Origin: Antedon mediterranea
Lineage: Eukaryota > Animalia > Echinodermata
NCBI RefSeq assembly: GCF_964355755.1
Contig: NC_092670.1
Coordinates: forward strand, 24,042,795 to 24,106,794
Direction of reading: 5' to 3'
Length of the DNA stretch: 64,000 nucleotides
Part shown: positions 33,405 to 46,177 of the stretch, in pieces
Position numbering within the stretch: position 1 is the first letter of the stretch
Layout of the letters: the number at the start of each line of letters is the position of its first letter
The notes under the pieces: model-generated
What the model was told of the DNA's origin: nothing
Database searches by the model: none
The model's input: only the letters and a program-made list of their open reading frames with translations
Program-made: the position numbers and the translations under genes

Positions 33405-36400
33405 TTATTTTAAACTGTTGGTAAACACGACAACAAACAGTAAACAAACAAAGCCTCCTCCAGCACCTCCAACTGCGTAGATCCAAACATTTTGACCCTT
33501 AAAGAAAAATGAATTTAACATAAGGACAAGAAGTACTTGAGGCCCACAACATTATCTCAAGCCAGCAAGAATGAATTTTACATAAGTATTTCATGGTTGT
33601 GATACTGTCTTAATCATAGAGGTATGCCACTAAATAGTATGCTTTAACCAAATCTGTATTATTACATCATCTACACTAAGTAAATCCAAAAAAAGGAACA
33701 ACAATTACACACAATTTACCTGTTTGTCAGTGGGCTTGCCAGGCATGTTACCAGAAGCTTTGGGAATAATATACAATCAAAATGTTAGTTGCATTGGATT
33801 GAAATTTATTTAATTCAGTTTCAATTTATCTATTAAATACAACCTGTCAGAAATATTAGTAATTGTACTCTTTAAATATTATGCATTTAGACAAACTGAT
33901 TGAAACACTGTATTTAATTCTAATTCTGAGAAAACAATGTGTAAACATACTGTAGCAAATGGTAGACTTACGAGGTTGTCGATTACAGACGATTGATCCA
34001 GTATCAGTGTTAGTGTAACCATTACACTTCAAGCATTCCATCTGACCTTCCTTTGGCTGATAAAAGCCTTTTGGACACAGCTGACAGACTGCTGGCAGGT
34101 TATCATTTCCACGATACGACCCAGGAGGACAGTTTACTGCAGGGGAAAAATATTTAAAAATAAAATGTTTTAGAATAGATTCTTGAAAGGATTGTGGTCT
34201 GGGTGTTTCGAAAACTAAGACCTAAGATGTCTTAACCAAAAGGTCTTTCAATAGGAACTCCTGATTATTTTATGTTTAGGTTTTAGATTATTGTTTTTTA
34301 GAGTCTTTGATTCCTATTGTCATGAGAAATTACTACTGTACTGAGTTTAGTCTAACAAATCTTACAGGGTGCTACATAATTTTGATATTTGTCCGTAAAG
34401 ATTGTTTATAAAGTGATTGCGTACTTAAAAAGATCCAGACTTACCACAAATATATCCATCAGAGTGCGCATATTGAGTGCTGGGACAGATTGGACCATTC
34501 ACGTTTGTTTTAAACTCCGTAACTTCAACTATATAACCACGATGTTCAAATTGTTCACCTGGCGTCAATAACGATTGTAGTTCAGTAACTTTGGCAAGAA
34601 CACGTTCGATTTTGTGTTTAACCTGATATGCCGATTCATTCCGACTTGCTTGTGTCATATCAATTGATGTTGCATTGGTACTTTTTATTTCGAATCTGAT
34701 CCGAGTAAGAAAGCTTTTTCCGTTTGAATCCAATTCTTGATAATTCAGAGGTTCGAATTCGTTGATATCAATGACATTTGCAATAGCTCCTTCCAATGAC
34801 ATATGTTTTTCCGTTGAATTGAAATCAGCTCGATAAAGATGAATAGTGATAGGACTAGAGAACTCCGGCATTGATATTCCAAGAACGTGAAGTCTAGCAG
34901 GATCGGACAACTGTCGTCCATGTTCGTTCCAGGCTCCACAAGTGTACCATCCGTCTTGGTTAAATTCTGGGCTTAATATCTCTATACTCGAGCTATTCTG
35001 ACCTGGAATTGCTTCCATATCTGATGACGACGAAGCCTGGAAGTACCATTGGTAGTCTGCTAGTGGTTGAGCAAATGCTTGACAAGTTAAGAAAGCGCCT
35101 TCGATATTACCATATTCAATAGTTGTGTCTGTCGGATGCTCCGTAATCAATGGTGCAAACTCAACCTTGACGTCACACTGTAGAGATGAAACTGACGTCA
35201 CTGCATTGCTAGCCTGACAAGCGTAAGTACCAGCAGTAGACGAGTTTACCTGTTCTAGATGTAGCAAGTTTGAATATTTTCCATCCAGTGGTTGACCATT
35301 AAACGTCCAACTGAATGTTGGGGAAGGCCTACCAGTAGCTTCACATGTCAAAGTGATATTTCCTCCTTCGATTGTTGTGATATTTGGTTTAGGATGCTGA
35401 GAAATAACAGGCACTTCTAAACACACATCGTTGTTGTCTTTGAGAAAGGTAACTTGACTTAAAACAACCACTCCGCCTAACTTGGCCTCATCGATATTTG
35501 AAATAGTACTATTCAGAAACGTTGCCACATAACTATCAAGTGCAACAGTATTCTGGTAAGAATGTCGATCCTCTGACAAATGTATCAAAGATATCAATTC
35601 AGTTGTTAAGCAATCATAGAACCCTTCACAGTCAGTCAGACCACTAGAGTTACGAGTATACATGTCCATCACAGTTTCCCATTTAGTCATCACATCAACC
35701 GCAAGTAATGATTTCGTATTTTCTGCTTTAATTTTTGCAGAATCAATAACCTGTGATAAAGCGCCTTGCTGAACACCAATTAAATATGTTGTATTAGTTT
35801 CTTCTAAATCTTCCACAGTTAGGTTAAAATACAGTAATGCTGAGCTATTGTTAATAACATTTGGTGACGTTGATACTGACAGATTGTACATATATTCACT
35901 GTGGAACTCTTCTTCTTTGTTTATAGATTGTATTTCAGCAATGTTAGTCATGTCTACGATCTCTAACAGTGTTTCAAATGAATGCTCGATAAATCCAAGA
36001 ATATCATTGAATTCTTTGCACCTATTTTCGTTCTGAACGACTCGTTGATCACGGAAAAGTTCACTGGTTATATTGAGGTCTAGTGAATTGTTTACCACAT
36101 TATATTTAACCATTTCAATAGGCGGTTGATGAATGATATTAGTTGTGTCACGATTCTTACGTAGTCCGAGTCTTCGGCTGCCCACTCCTCTTTTCCTTCT
36201 AATCGATCTTGTTATATCACCAAACAATTCTTCAGTAATAAAAAGTGCAGCTTTTTCAATTGTATAATCCAGGTTATTGGCATCAATGAATATTTGAACC
36301 TGTACAGGAGTCGATGATAGTGACATGTAAAATACTAAGGGTATTACTGAAGTATCTTCTCCAGCTATATCAATATTAAATTTAATTTCCTTTATTTTTA

Positions 36401-39400
36401 AACTTTTTTTAATTGATCCATCAATTTGGTGTTGTTTTATAACTAGGGCAGCTTGAACATCTGTACGTATTTTGTTCAATGCCCGTTGAGCATTATCAAG
36501 ATGTTTCTGTAAAGCCAAAACTCTGTTTGATACTTCTTTTTGCTGGTTTAATGCATCGTCGAGTTCGATTAATGCTACATTTAATTCTGCTTCCGCAATT
36601 GACGCACGTAAGACAGCCTTGTCAACGTTTTCAATTGGCACTGCGATGTCAGGAGCTATTTTCTTTATTTGATCAAATATTCGATTTCGTTTTTTTCGGC
36701 ATTCTTCATTTTGTCGTACGCAATTAGCATCAGGAAGTTGTACATTGCATGGAATTGCTTCTGTTTCTATCTTCTCTATTTGACCAATAACCTCGTAATT
36801 GACACAGGTACTGCATGACTCAAACGTAACAGTTATAGAAACTGCCTTTTTACAATCTTCACAACATTCGCCCTTTGAAACTGATTCTCTGCTGCTCTTT
36901 TCCACAGAAGTTACTAAATCTTTTGCTCCCAGTAGATAGTTACCAGTATAAATGTGGAAAGCGGCAGTGACGATTTTAATTGGATTCAAGCTGAAAGACT
37001 TGACTGGTGTTGGGATATAACAAATCCAGCAACAGCTTGTTGTCTCATTAACAACTTTTGATACATCTCTATCACTGCAACATTCGTATGGTACAAATGC
37101 ATAAACATCTTCTATTTTAGTGACAATTTTACTTCCTGGGAAACATACTCCATTGCATGTATCTACTTTACATACGCTGTTTAATTGTTCTTCTAACTTC
37201 TTTGTATCGTCACGTTTGTTTTCAAGCAGTGTGCGTGCTTTTTCAACTTCAAGATTTCCCACCTTCACTTCTTTCTCTGCAGAATCATGTTTATCTTTAG
37301 CTTTATCAACAGTGGCGTTCTGTACAGTTTCTTCATTCAAAGCACTTTGTAATTTTGATTTTGCTAATTCGACCTTCTTAGAAGCCTGACTTAGTCTTCG
37401 TTCACTATCATCAACTGATTTTTTAGAAAAGGAGATAATCTTTTCCTTGACGATTCGTCCTAGTGTTGATGGACCATCAGCTGAAATTTCACCATTTACA
37501 AATAGTATCATCGATTCAAACGAACTCAATCTAGAAGTAGCATTGCCAATCATGTCAAATGAGCCCCAAAGTTTACCAGAAAAAGTAAAACGAGTCTCCA
37601 TCGCAGTCAGGTACATCACTGTCTCTTGTTCGATTCCAAGGAGTTTTATGTACACTGGTATGTTACCATGCCAATGATCATTGTTGGATTCAAATGTTAA
37701 ATTCAAATTTGAACCAGCCGGGATACTGATGAATTGATTGATGTTTTCAATATTGGAGTACTCTCCGGTTAAACAGATCGTAGGCGTGGCTTGGTTAATC
37801 GATTGAAGCGCTAAGCAATTTGTAATTGAATTCACAATGTCTACTTTTATCGACGGAAAACACATCTGCGACGACAAACATACTTCAGAGGTCAATCGGA
37901 AGCCAGATCCCGACATACTTTCATCTGCAAAAACATCCTGAACTTCAAGAAGAATTTTATTGCTGAGATTTTCTAATCTGGAGGTGACATTAAATGCAAA
38001 CGTTCTCAAATCAGTTAGATTTGGATCAATGATCAGTTCATCATTAACGCTCCAAAGAGTAACTAGAGTCCGTTTACACTGCATACGTAATTCAGCCAGA
38101 GAGTTTGCGATCAGTTTCAGATCTTGACGAGTTAATTCTGTGAAATAATTTTGTAGGGTAATGCCCAGAGCAGTGGAAGCAGACTGTAAATTCAAATACA
38201 AGGCATCATATCCAATAGTACGAAGGTGTATGGGTAGCCTATTTAATTGAGGTAGTAATACCGTTTGTAGATCACGGATAATCGCAGTAATCGTGTTAAG
38301 ATCTGATGGAATGTCAAGCTTTGGTGACAAGTCGTAATCCACAAACACCTCTACTACTGATTCGTCGCTTGTTTTAAGCAATCGAAAAAATGGTGTGTTG
38401 TCAAAAACTCCAAATGACGTTGATGATTCCATCTTTATGCCTCGTTCAGACGATAGTAATCCATCAACTATAAACAATCAGATAGCAAAGTAGCTTTAAG
38501 ATGATAATGACGTTGTGAATTGTATTTATGAGTACATAATGGCACATTTAGACCACAAAAGTAGATTGTCGTCAAAAGATTAACAACCTAAGACGGTAAA
38601 AGATGTTTAAGAGTATGCCTACTATATATCAGTTAAATGAGAAGTTGTTTCTACAGGAAATTCACAAGAGAAATTGTCAGTATAAAAACTTACCACCCAT
38701 GCTACAATTTAATATCGGTCTATTCCCCTGATTGGAGATGAAATTCAGTTCTACGTCTTCACCAAACATTTTCCAGTATAGGCTAATTTTGGAGTTTCCA
38801 ATTTGCTTCAACTCCCAACGTTGTACAAATAGATGGCTAAATAACTGGTAAATGAATACAATATTAATAAGCAAAGTTTTCAAATAAATTAATTTAAAAA
38901 ACAATATATTAACAATTTCCATTTTTCTTTGGAAATATAGGCCATTTCAAAATGATTTGTTTTTAAATTTAATTTAAATTTACATTTTATTTAGTAATCT
39001 AAAATCCATTCCGATTTCATTTGTTGGTAATAATTATACACCACAAGGGAGAGCTAAAAAGATCTATCTAATATTATGTCTAGGCTTGATTAAGTCTTAG
39101 AAATGAAACGTCATACGTACATGTGTTACATCCTCGAGAGAAATATGCGCATCTCCACTGCCTTCAACTCTTGCAGGAACATGTTTGTTGATGTAGTACG
39201 AGTATTGTAAATTGGCTAATATGCTAATTTTCTCCTTAGCATTTAAATTTAACATCAGGAAATTGACATCAACTTCAAGATCACCATTAAGATTTACATT
39301 TCTGATGTAACTTAAAACATTTCTTGATCCTTCTGGAAATACCATCATTACAGTTCTAGATGCCAATTCACAAACACCTACAATAAAGCAGTACTTTCCT

Positions 39401-42400
39401 TTGAACGGTGGTACAGGTAAAGACACAAGTCTGCCACCAATGATCATGTCTACCTTGGAAAGCAAGAAGACTGAGTAGTGACCGTCCTTGTCAACAGGTG
39501 CATATGAACACCATTCTAATGACTTCACCTCACTCCCACGAAGACTCAAAGTTGAAGTAGATGTTTTAGCATTCATTGGATTTATATCAACAGATATAAA
39601 CGTTATCCAATCTGGAAAAACATGTTCAAGTTCACGTGTGTAATTGCGATACAATGAATTAAACTGAACGAAGTGTTGAACATTATCAAATGGTACATCT
39701 TTTTGTAGACATTTGTTATTTGGTGCTACTGTCATCGTCGAACTGCTGGTGATTTCTTGTCCAACAAGACTGAGAGGCAGCTCAAACGTGTCTGTTTTAA
39801 GTGAGACAATGCCATTAGTGTCCGCAGCAATGTTGTTCGTCTTCCATTCGTCTGTAGATCTATAATTTAGGCCAGCGCATGTAGACTGATCCGATAGTGC
39901 AAAACAACCTGTCGGCAGATTATATCCCAGTGGGAAGCTCTTGTTTACATTGGTCTGCAACACGAAGATGTCCTCGCCGTCTGGTATATGAAATTTAGGC
40001 GCTTCTTTTCCTCTCAAGACATATGATATTTTTACAAAACCATGTTTAACTCCACGAACAGAAACTGTCAAAGCATTTAATTTTGAAGTAAATGAGAGTT
40101 TCCCTGGGTCAATAATCACGCCGTCGGGATCTGTGCGAATAGTTAAATCGAGGGAATGCTTTGGCTTAGCAATAAACGTCACATTGTAAACACCTCCTAC
40201 GAAAACGTCCGGCCAATCAGGCGTTGTCACAAGACCTTGAGCACATTGCGCTCCAGTGTAACCAGTTCCAGAGCAGTCACATATGTATCTTATTTCATTT
40301 TGTGCTACCCGACAAGCACCGTTTACACAGGGAGATGGTAAGCACACTTGGGTTTCTAAAACATAAATTAAAGAATATGTATTTAGTTTATGTGAATTGT
40401 CAAACTGTTCTTTTTACAGTAGTGTGGTTCTAAAGAAACGTTTTCCTAGATGAAAGCAGTGATTACAATTTTATTTACCACCATTCCTTAATATCATTGA
40501 TTAATACACAAAAACTCTATCAATAACCCAATCTATAAACTATTTTAGTACAGTAAGTGCCTTACCGATACATTTAGGAAAAGTGCTATTCCATTTTCCA
40601 GACAATAGACATTGTGCGACAATGTTTTCTTCTAAGAAGTAGCCGACATCACAGCCAAACCGACAGCGACTACCAGCTTGATTTTCACATGGAAACTGAA
40701 TATATCCATTAGAGGGTGATGATACCTCAGGACATAAAATCTCTGTAAGCATTTATAAATACATTCATATGATATGTTGTACTATGGTACAATTATACAT
40801 ATCACTTCGAACGGTTACTGTATATTTTGAATCTCCACTGATTAATGAAAAACTAATGCTCGTTATGTTTTTACTCAAAACCAACAGGGTGACACTGACG
40901 TGTCGCATAATTAAGCCAACGAGTTTGATTACGACAAGAAGATCATTTTCCTCACAGAAGGCCTACAGTGATTTTATTAATTAATAATTAAAATACAAAC
41001 CTTTACATTGAGTTACTTGACCAGACCACATACCATCCGATAAGCATTCTCTACTGGCAGAACCCAATAAGATATGACCTCTTTCACACTCAAAGGCACA
41101 CGTTTCATCAGTTGTAAATCCACTGCATGTGCGTTTTCCACCAAACGGTTCACCGATTTCAACACAAGGATTTGCTGTTTTGACAAATTAAAAATAATGT
41201 TAACATAGTTTACCATCAATCGTTAAATTTTAAAGGGTCATTCCAACGATTCATTCTCATAGCACTGTCAAAAAGAAAAATAAGAAGACGGTGAGTTTTT
41301 AGAAGCGACTTAAAACTGTCCAAAGATGTAGATTTTCTAATATGTAAAGGCAGATTGTTACAGAGCCTAGGCCCAACAGTACTGAATGTCCGATCTCCCC
41401 AGTTATGTTTTCTACTTGGAATGTGCAACAGTGTGTATTTGCTCGATCTCAGTTCTCATCACTTCAAAGGATAATAATACTGACATTCTGGTGAGGTGAT
41501 GGCAGACCTTCCTGTGGATAAGTATAGTAACATTTGATTTTCCGTACCTGTGCATCCCTTTTTGTCAGGATCAAGTGTCCATCCATTTTTACAATCACAG
41601 CTGAAGCTACCGATTGAGTTGGAACAATTTTGGCCACATCCGGCGGTACCAGTAGCACATTCATCGATATCTGATAGAAGATAATATAACTTAAATTAGT
41701 AATTTCCACCTTAAGTACCGGATTTTTTCCAAACGAAAATTCTTCTTTATCGGTTCGTTTTGGGTGCATTCCGTGTCATTTGTAGTCTGTAAAATAATTT
41801 CGCATGTGATTCTAGAAATACTTGTACGGAACAAGATCGTATACTTGTGGTAGTAAGAGTTTTAGTTTTAGTATTCCCTACCTTTACAGTTGTATAAATC
41901 ATGAGCTTCATATCCCGTTTTGCATCGACACTCAAAACTACCAGCAGAGTTTGTACAGTTGTGACAGTTAGCAAAAGAACACTCATCAATATCTAAAATA
42001 ACAATACATGATAAGGAATGACACTCAATGGTGGACTGTATGTATACAACGCACCACGTTATTACTTTCACTTCTTTTTTTCAAACTAGTTTGACGAAAA
42101 AACTGTCATTTGCCTAAATATGGAATTGATATGCCCATATATGGGCACGTCACATTTGTTCACATAAGTTTGATAGTGTAGACAGAACTTAAGGGTACTG
42201 TTTTGATGAAATTCTAGCCACAGGAGTCAAAAGAAACTAATGTGTAGAACGTTGTATTATTACCTGTGCATATATTCGTTCCAATGAACCCATCCCGACA
42301 AGAGCATCTAAAAGTTCCAGGCTGGTTTTCACAAGAATGATCACAACCGCCGTTGTTTACTAAACATTCATCGACATCTGTTGATAATACGTTATAACAA

Positions 42401-45400
42401 TGGAATCGGTTAGCGGAATGCACTGACACCTGGGGTAGGGACTTTGACAAAGTTAGTAGTATAAAATATGTTGATCCATTTGAACACAACTATACTTTAG
42501 GAAAAACGAGTCCTTTTTAGGTTTTCATTCTATTAATTCATAATTATTGCTTTTTTTTACAACAAATTGTAAACTTGTAATAAACCTGTTTACCTGTTTC
42601 ACATCTATCGCCTTTATAGGTATCGGGACAATCGCAGACGTTCGACCCCGAGCAAAGGCCGTTGTTCTGGCATTCAGGCTCACAAATGGCTATAAAAAAG
42701 GGAAATTGTGAAAACCATCAAGAAAATTAAAAATATACTTGTTGTACATTAATGGTATCAGGGCCAGTCGTCAGATCACTACAAGTATTACGGTTTGATT
42801 GATTGATTGATTGAATTTATTTGGTTCATACATAAATACATTATAAAAAAGACGATAAACAGTACATCAAATTCAAGACAACACCAGAAAAGTACAACAA
42901 AACAGAAGGTGTCAAACAATGGAAACAGAACAAAATGAACCAAGGATAATTAGATAAAGTTTCACATTTTCAGTGTAACTTATTTCCATCTAAGTCCTTA
43001 TGTACATTTAACTGAGACAAATTGACATCTTAATAAAAAGTTATTTAAACGAAATTTCATAAGAGAGAAACAAAAAGAAACATTAAGTAACATTCGTTAC
43101 GTTTATGTGCTAGAAGACCGTATGTTGTCAATAATTACCGTCTGATCACGTATCAACACCACCTTGTATACTATATAACTGTATCCACAATCTCAGATTA
43201 AAGTAATATATTTTTTGAATAATAAATACAAAGTACATACAAAATGATTTGAAGTTGTAAATGTGGTTAAGCTGTAGGCCTAAGCAAAAGGTTTAGACCC
43301 AAAACCCCTATAAATGAATAAATTTGAAATAAATAAATTTGAAATAAATAAATAATATAAATAAATAAACCTAAACGAGTTTACGCTAAACCCTTCGTAT
43401 TGGAGTGTCTAGATCTTAGAGTAAACAAAAGTTGAACTTACGTAGACATTCGGTAAGTTGGGAAAGTTGATATCCAGAAAAGCATTCACATTCAAATCCG
43501 CCATGAAAGTTGTTACACATGTGTGCACATCCGCCATTGTTGGTCCAACATTCATTTACTAATAAAAGATCAATTTAATATAAAAGTTTGGTTCCAACCT
43601 GGACGCAACGCAAGGGCGCAACTTGTGATGTATGTATGGATCGCCCGAACTGTCGCGATTGTGATTGGTCAACTCACTTGCGCTGCGTCCAAGTGTTAAT
43701 TAACCAAGCTTAAATGAATTTAAGCTTGGTTAAGATGATCTTGCTAGTTATTTATATATGCTGTCATTTTCTTTCTCCGCAAACCTTTGATCCGAGTTTA
43801 TAATTCAAGAAAGAAAATGGCGAATAATGCGGAGCTACCCACTACCACTAAAGCTTGGTTCCCACTTCCTTGCATGCAACTTAATAGGCGCAACGCAAGT
43901 GAGTTGACCAATCACAAGCGACAGTGTAAATGACCCATTGCGTCGTGTGATTGGTCAGCGCACTTGGTCTACGTCGTTGCGTTGCGTACTAGTGTGAACC
44001 GAGCTTAAGAAATGATGTTGCTTCGCATTATGTTTTGCCGCATAAATATGGAGAAGTAGCCTACTTACGATCGTCACACGACTCTCCGACGTAGTCTCCA
44101 TCACATATGCAGTGGTCAGGAGATGTACACGTTCCGTGAATACATGGTGGGCTACAGCTAGCTGTAACGAGATGTAATTAATGTTATAATACTGTATAAT
44201 AAATGTTTGCTCAAACCAGGTGACGTGATAATGATAACAATATTAGCTGTTTAATCTATACCTTCACAGTTTCCGTCCGATGTCTCTACGTATCCTGTAA
44301 AACATTGACAATAGTAACTTCCTCTAGTGTCCACACACTTATCGGAACAACCACCATTGTTGACTAAACATTCGTTTATGTCTGAAAAAGTATGGTTGTT
44401 TTAATCGTTAATGAGGAGTGCGTGATATAAACAAATTTAGGCCTACATTCAACGTAAAACTAACGATATTGTTCATTTCTCGGCGCCACGATAAAGTAGT
44501 AAAGCTACCGACTTCGTGTTGTAATCAAGTGATATATTTTACGTAAAAACTTACTGTCACACTTTCGTCCTTGAAAACCAGCGGAGCAAGAACATTTGTT
44601 TGGAGAAACGCATCTTCCGCCAGCGCCGCAACTCGGTGAACATGTTGCTAAAAAGAATAACAGTTGACCATTGTAAATATTATGTATAATTGATTTTATC
44701 AGTAGTAAGATTAAGAACAAAAAGCAGTCGCATCTATCGGGTCGGGGTGCATTGCGGCCGGGCCGGGTGCATTGCGGCCGGGCCGGGAATGATACTGATG
44801 AGACAACCTAATAATTTTCTTTCAATCCCTTCTCTTGTGAAAAAGCAAGCATGCTACTAACATCATTCTCTCAGATTTCACTTGTACTCGCGAGACAGTC
44901 ATGGTTTATTTAAAACATTTTTGCTTACACGTCAAATTTGCCTCACCTACCATTACTAATGGGAAGTTAATACGGTGTCGTTATATCAAATTATTTAGAA
45001 AAAAACCCTAAACTTACGGATCGTACAACCTCTAGATTGATCCTCAGCCCAACCAGTACAACAGAAGTAATTCGTTGAATATACTGTATACTGCTGTGAA
45101 CGATATGCTACGCTGTAGCGACGACTTTAAAGACAATAAGATTTGGTAATAATAAACACACGTTTATAAAATTGAAGGGACTCTAAAGACAACTACCATC
45201 CGGACAACTATAAGGAGTGGTTGTCCAGGAGTGGGGTACGGGAATAAGATCATTGAGGGAATTTGATCTGCGATGATCACCAGCGAACTATGAATAATTA
45301 TATCATGTATTCATTGTGCATTTCCACACTAGAGTCTTCGCCTCAGTTTTGGTATTCTGTTCCAGGCGCGTTGACCAATGACGTTGAAAATGGGATTACT

Positions 45401-46177
45401 CCCAGTAACTTTAAATTTTAATGTTATAAGTGTGCTACAAAAATGCCTACGTCATTATCATGATGCATGGTTGCACCACTCGATGGCTTTGGCTAAAAAG
45501 AATACACAATTGATGTTCTGGATGTATGGACAACAGGCTAGTAATCGGGGAGGTCACCAACACAGGGAAAAAAATAATGCGAATATTGTAGCATAAATTG
45601 CATTTGTGAAATAAATATTTGTCAAGGAAGGATACCCTGCACGAAAAACCATTTACTAAACTTTATATGGTTTAACCAGGGAGTTGTAACAACTGGTCTA
45701 AGCTTGTTTTAGTCTTTCCTATATTATTTTTACATTAGTAATGCGTTATGTTACCTGTATGTTCTACAGCGATCCCAACCAAAAGCTCCACACTTCGTGC
45801 TGCTCTGAGTTTGATAAGAGACGGAATAGGAAACTCGGCGTGTATGCAGAACGGACACTTTTTTACTACAGACATTGTCACTAAAAGACAGTTGTTTTAC
45901 GCTGATTATTAAGACTGTATTTTATTTGTTTCTTAATTAATTATAAATACAACCCAATAGGATAATTGGAATATTAGTTTAGAAACAAAACACAAATTAA
46001 ATATTTACAAAATACTGAATGAAGTTAAATTGTATACAAGGTTCTGTTCTTATAATTATAATATAAACTAAATAAGTAAGTAATTGCCTCAACAAAGAAA
46101 ATAACTTACCGCCCTGCTGTGGGTGCGGACAAAACAAAACAAGGAAGACACGAAACAATTACCAATGCTAATAACAT
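33405..46177 (-). CDS. Large predicted single-pass membrane protein (about 2400 aa): signal peptide, EMI, 8 EGF/cbEGF, 2 Sushi, EGF, unannotated regions with coiled coils and furin site, 2 Ig, ephrin-receptor-like (GCC2_GCC3) repeat, TM
   Basis: Phase-compatible GT-AG exons (-): 46177-46110 ([19 protein letters not shown]), 45880-45755 and 45124-45018 (EMI: [17 protein letters not shown]), 44647-44555, 44381-44262, 44161-44069, 43558-43442, 42689-42594, 42377-42264, 41992-41882, 41670-41548 (EGFs), 41174-41001, 40742-40566 (Sushi), 40355-39121, 38844-38694, 38467-34445, 34136-33972 (CPPGSY..CPKGFYQ), about 33757-33720, 33497-33405 ([22 protein letters not shown]). The last two exons are less certain. 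Confidence 0.85.
34445..38467 (-). CDS. 4023-bp internal exon of the large membrane-protein gene (coiled coils, Cys ladder, RRKR, two Ig domains)
   Basis: 1350-aa ORF bounded by TTTATAG acceptor and GTAAG donor. Ig motifs [26 protein letters not shown] and [20 protein letters not shown]. Confidence 0.92.
39121..40355 (-). CDS. 1.2-kb exon: EGF domain plus about 370 aa of unrecognised beta-rich sequence
   Basis: ORF 39097-40347 [24 protein letters not shown], with splice sites in phase with neighbouring exons. Confidence 0.88.
41230..41460 (-). mobile_element. L2-type LINE 3' remnant in an intron
   Basis: [36 protein letters not shown], a typical L2 ORF2 C-terminus. Confidence 0.8.

Noticed and set aside
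34745-37677. Short ORFs overlapping the 4-kb exon on either strand
   Set aside because: Shadow ORFs of the main coding frame.
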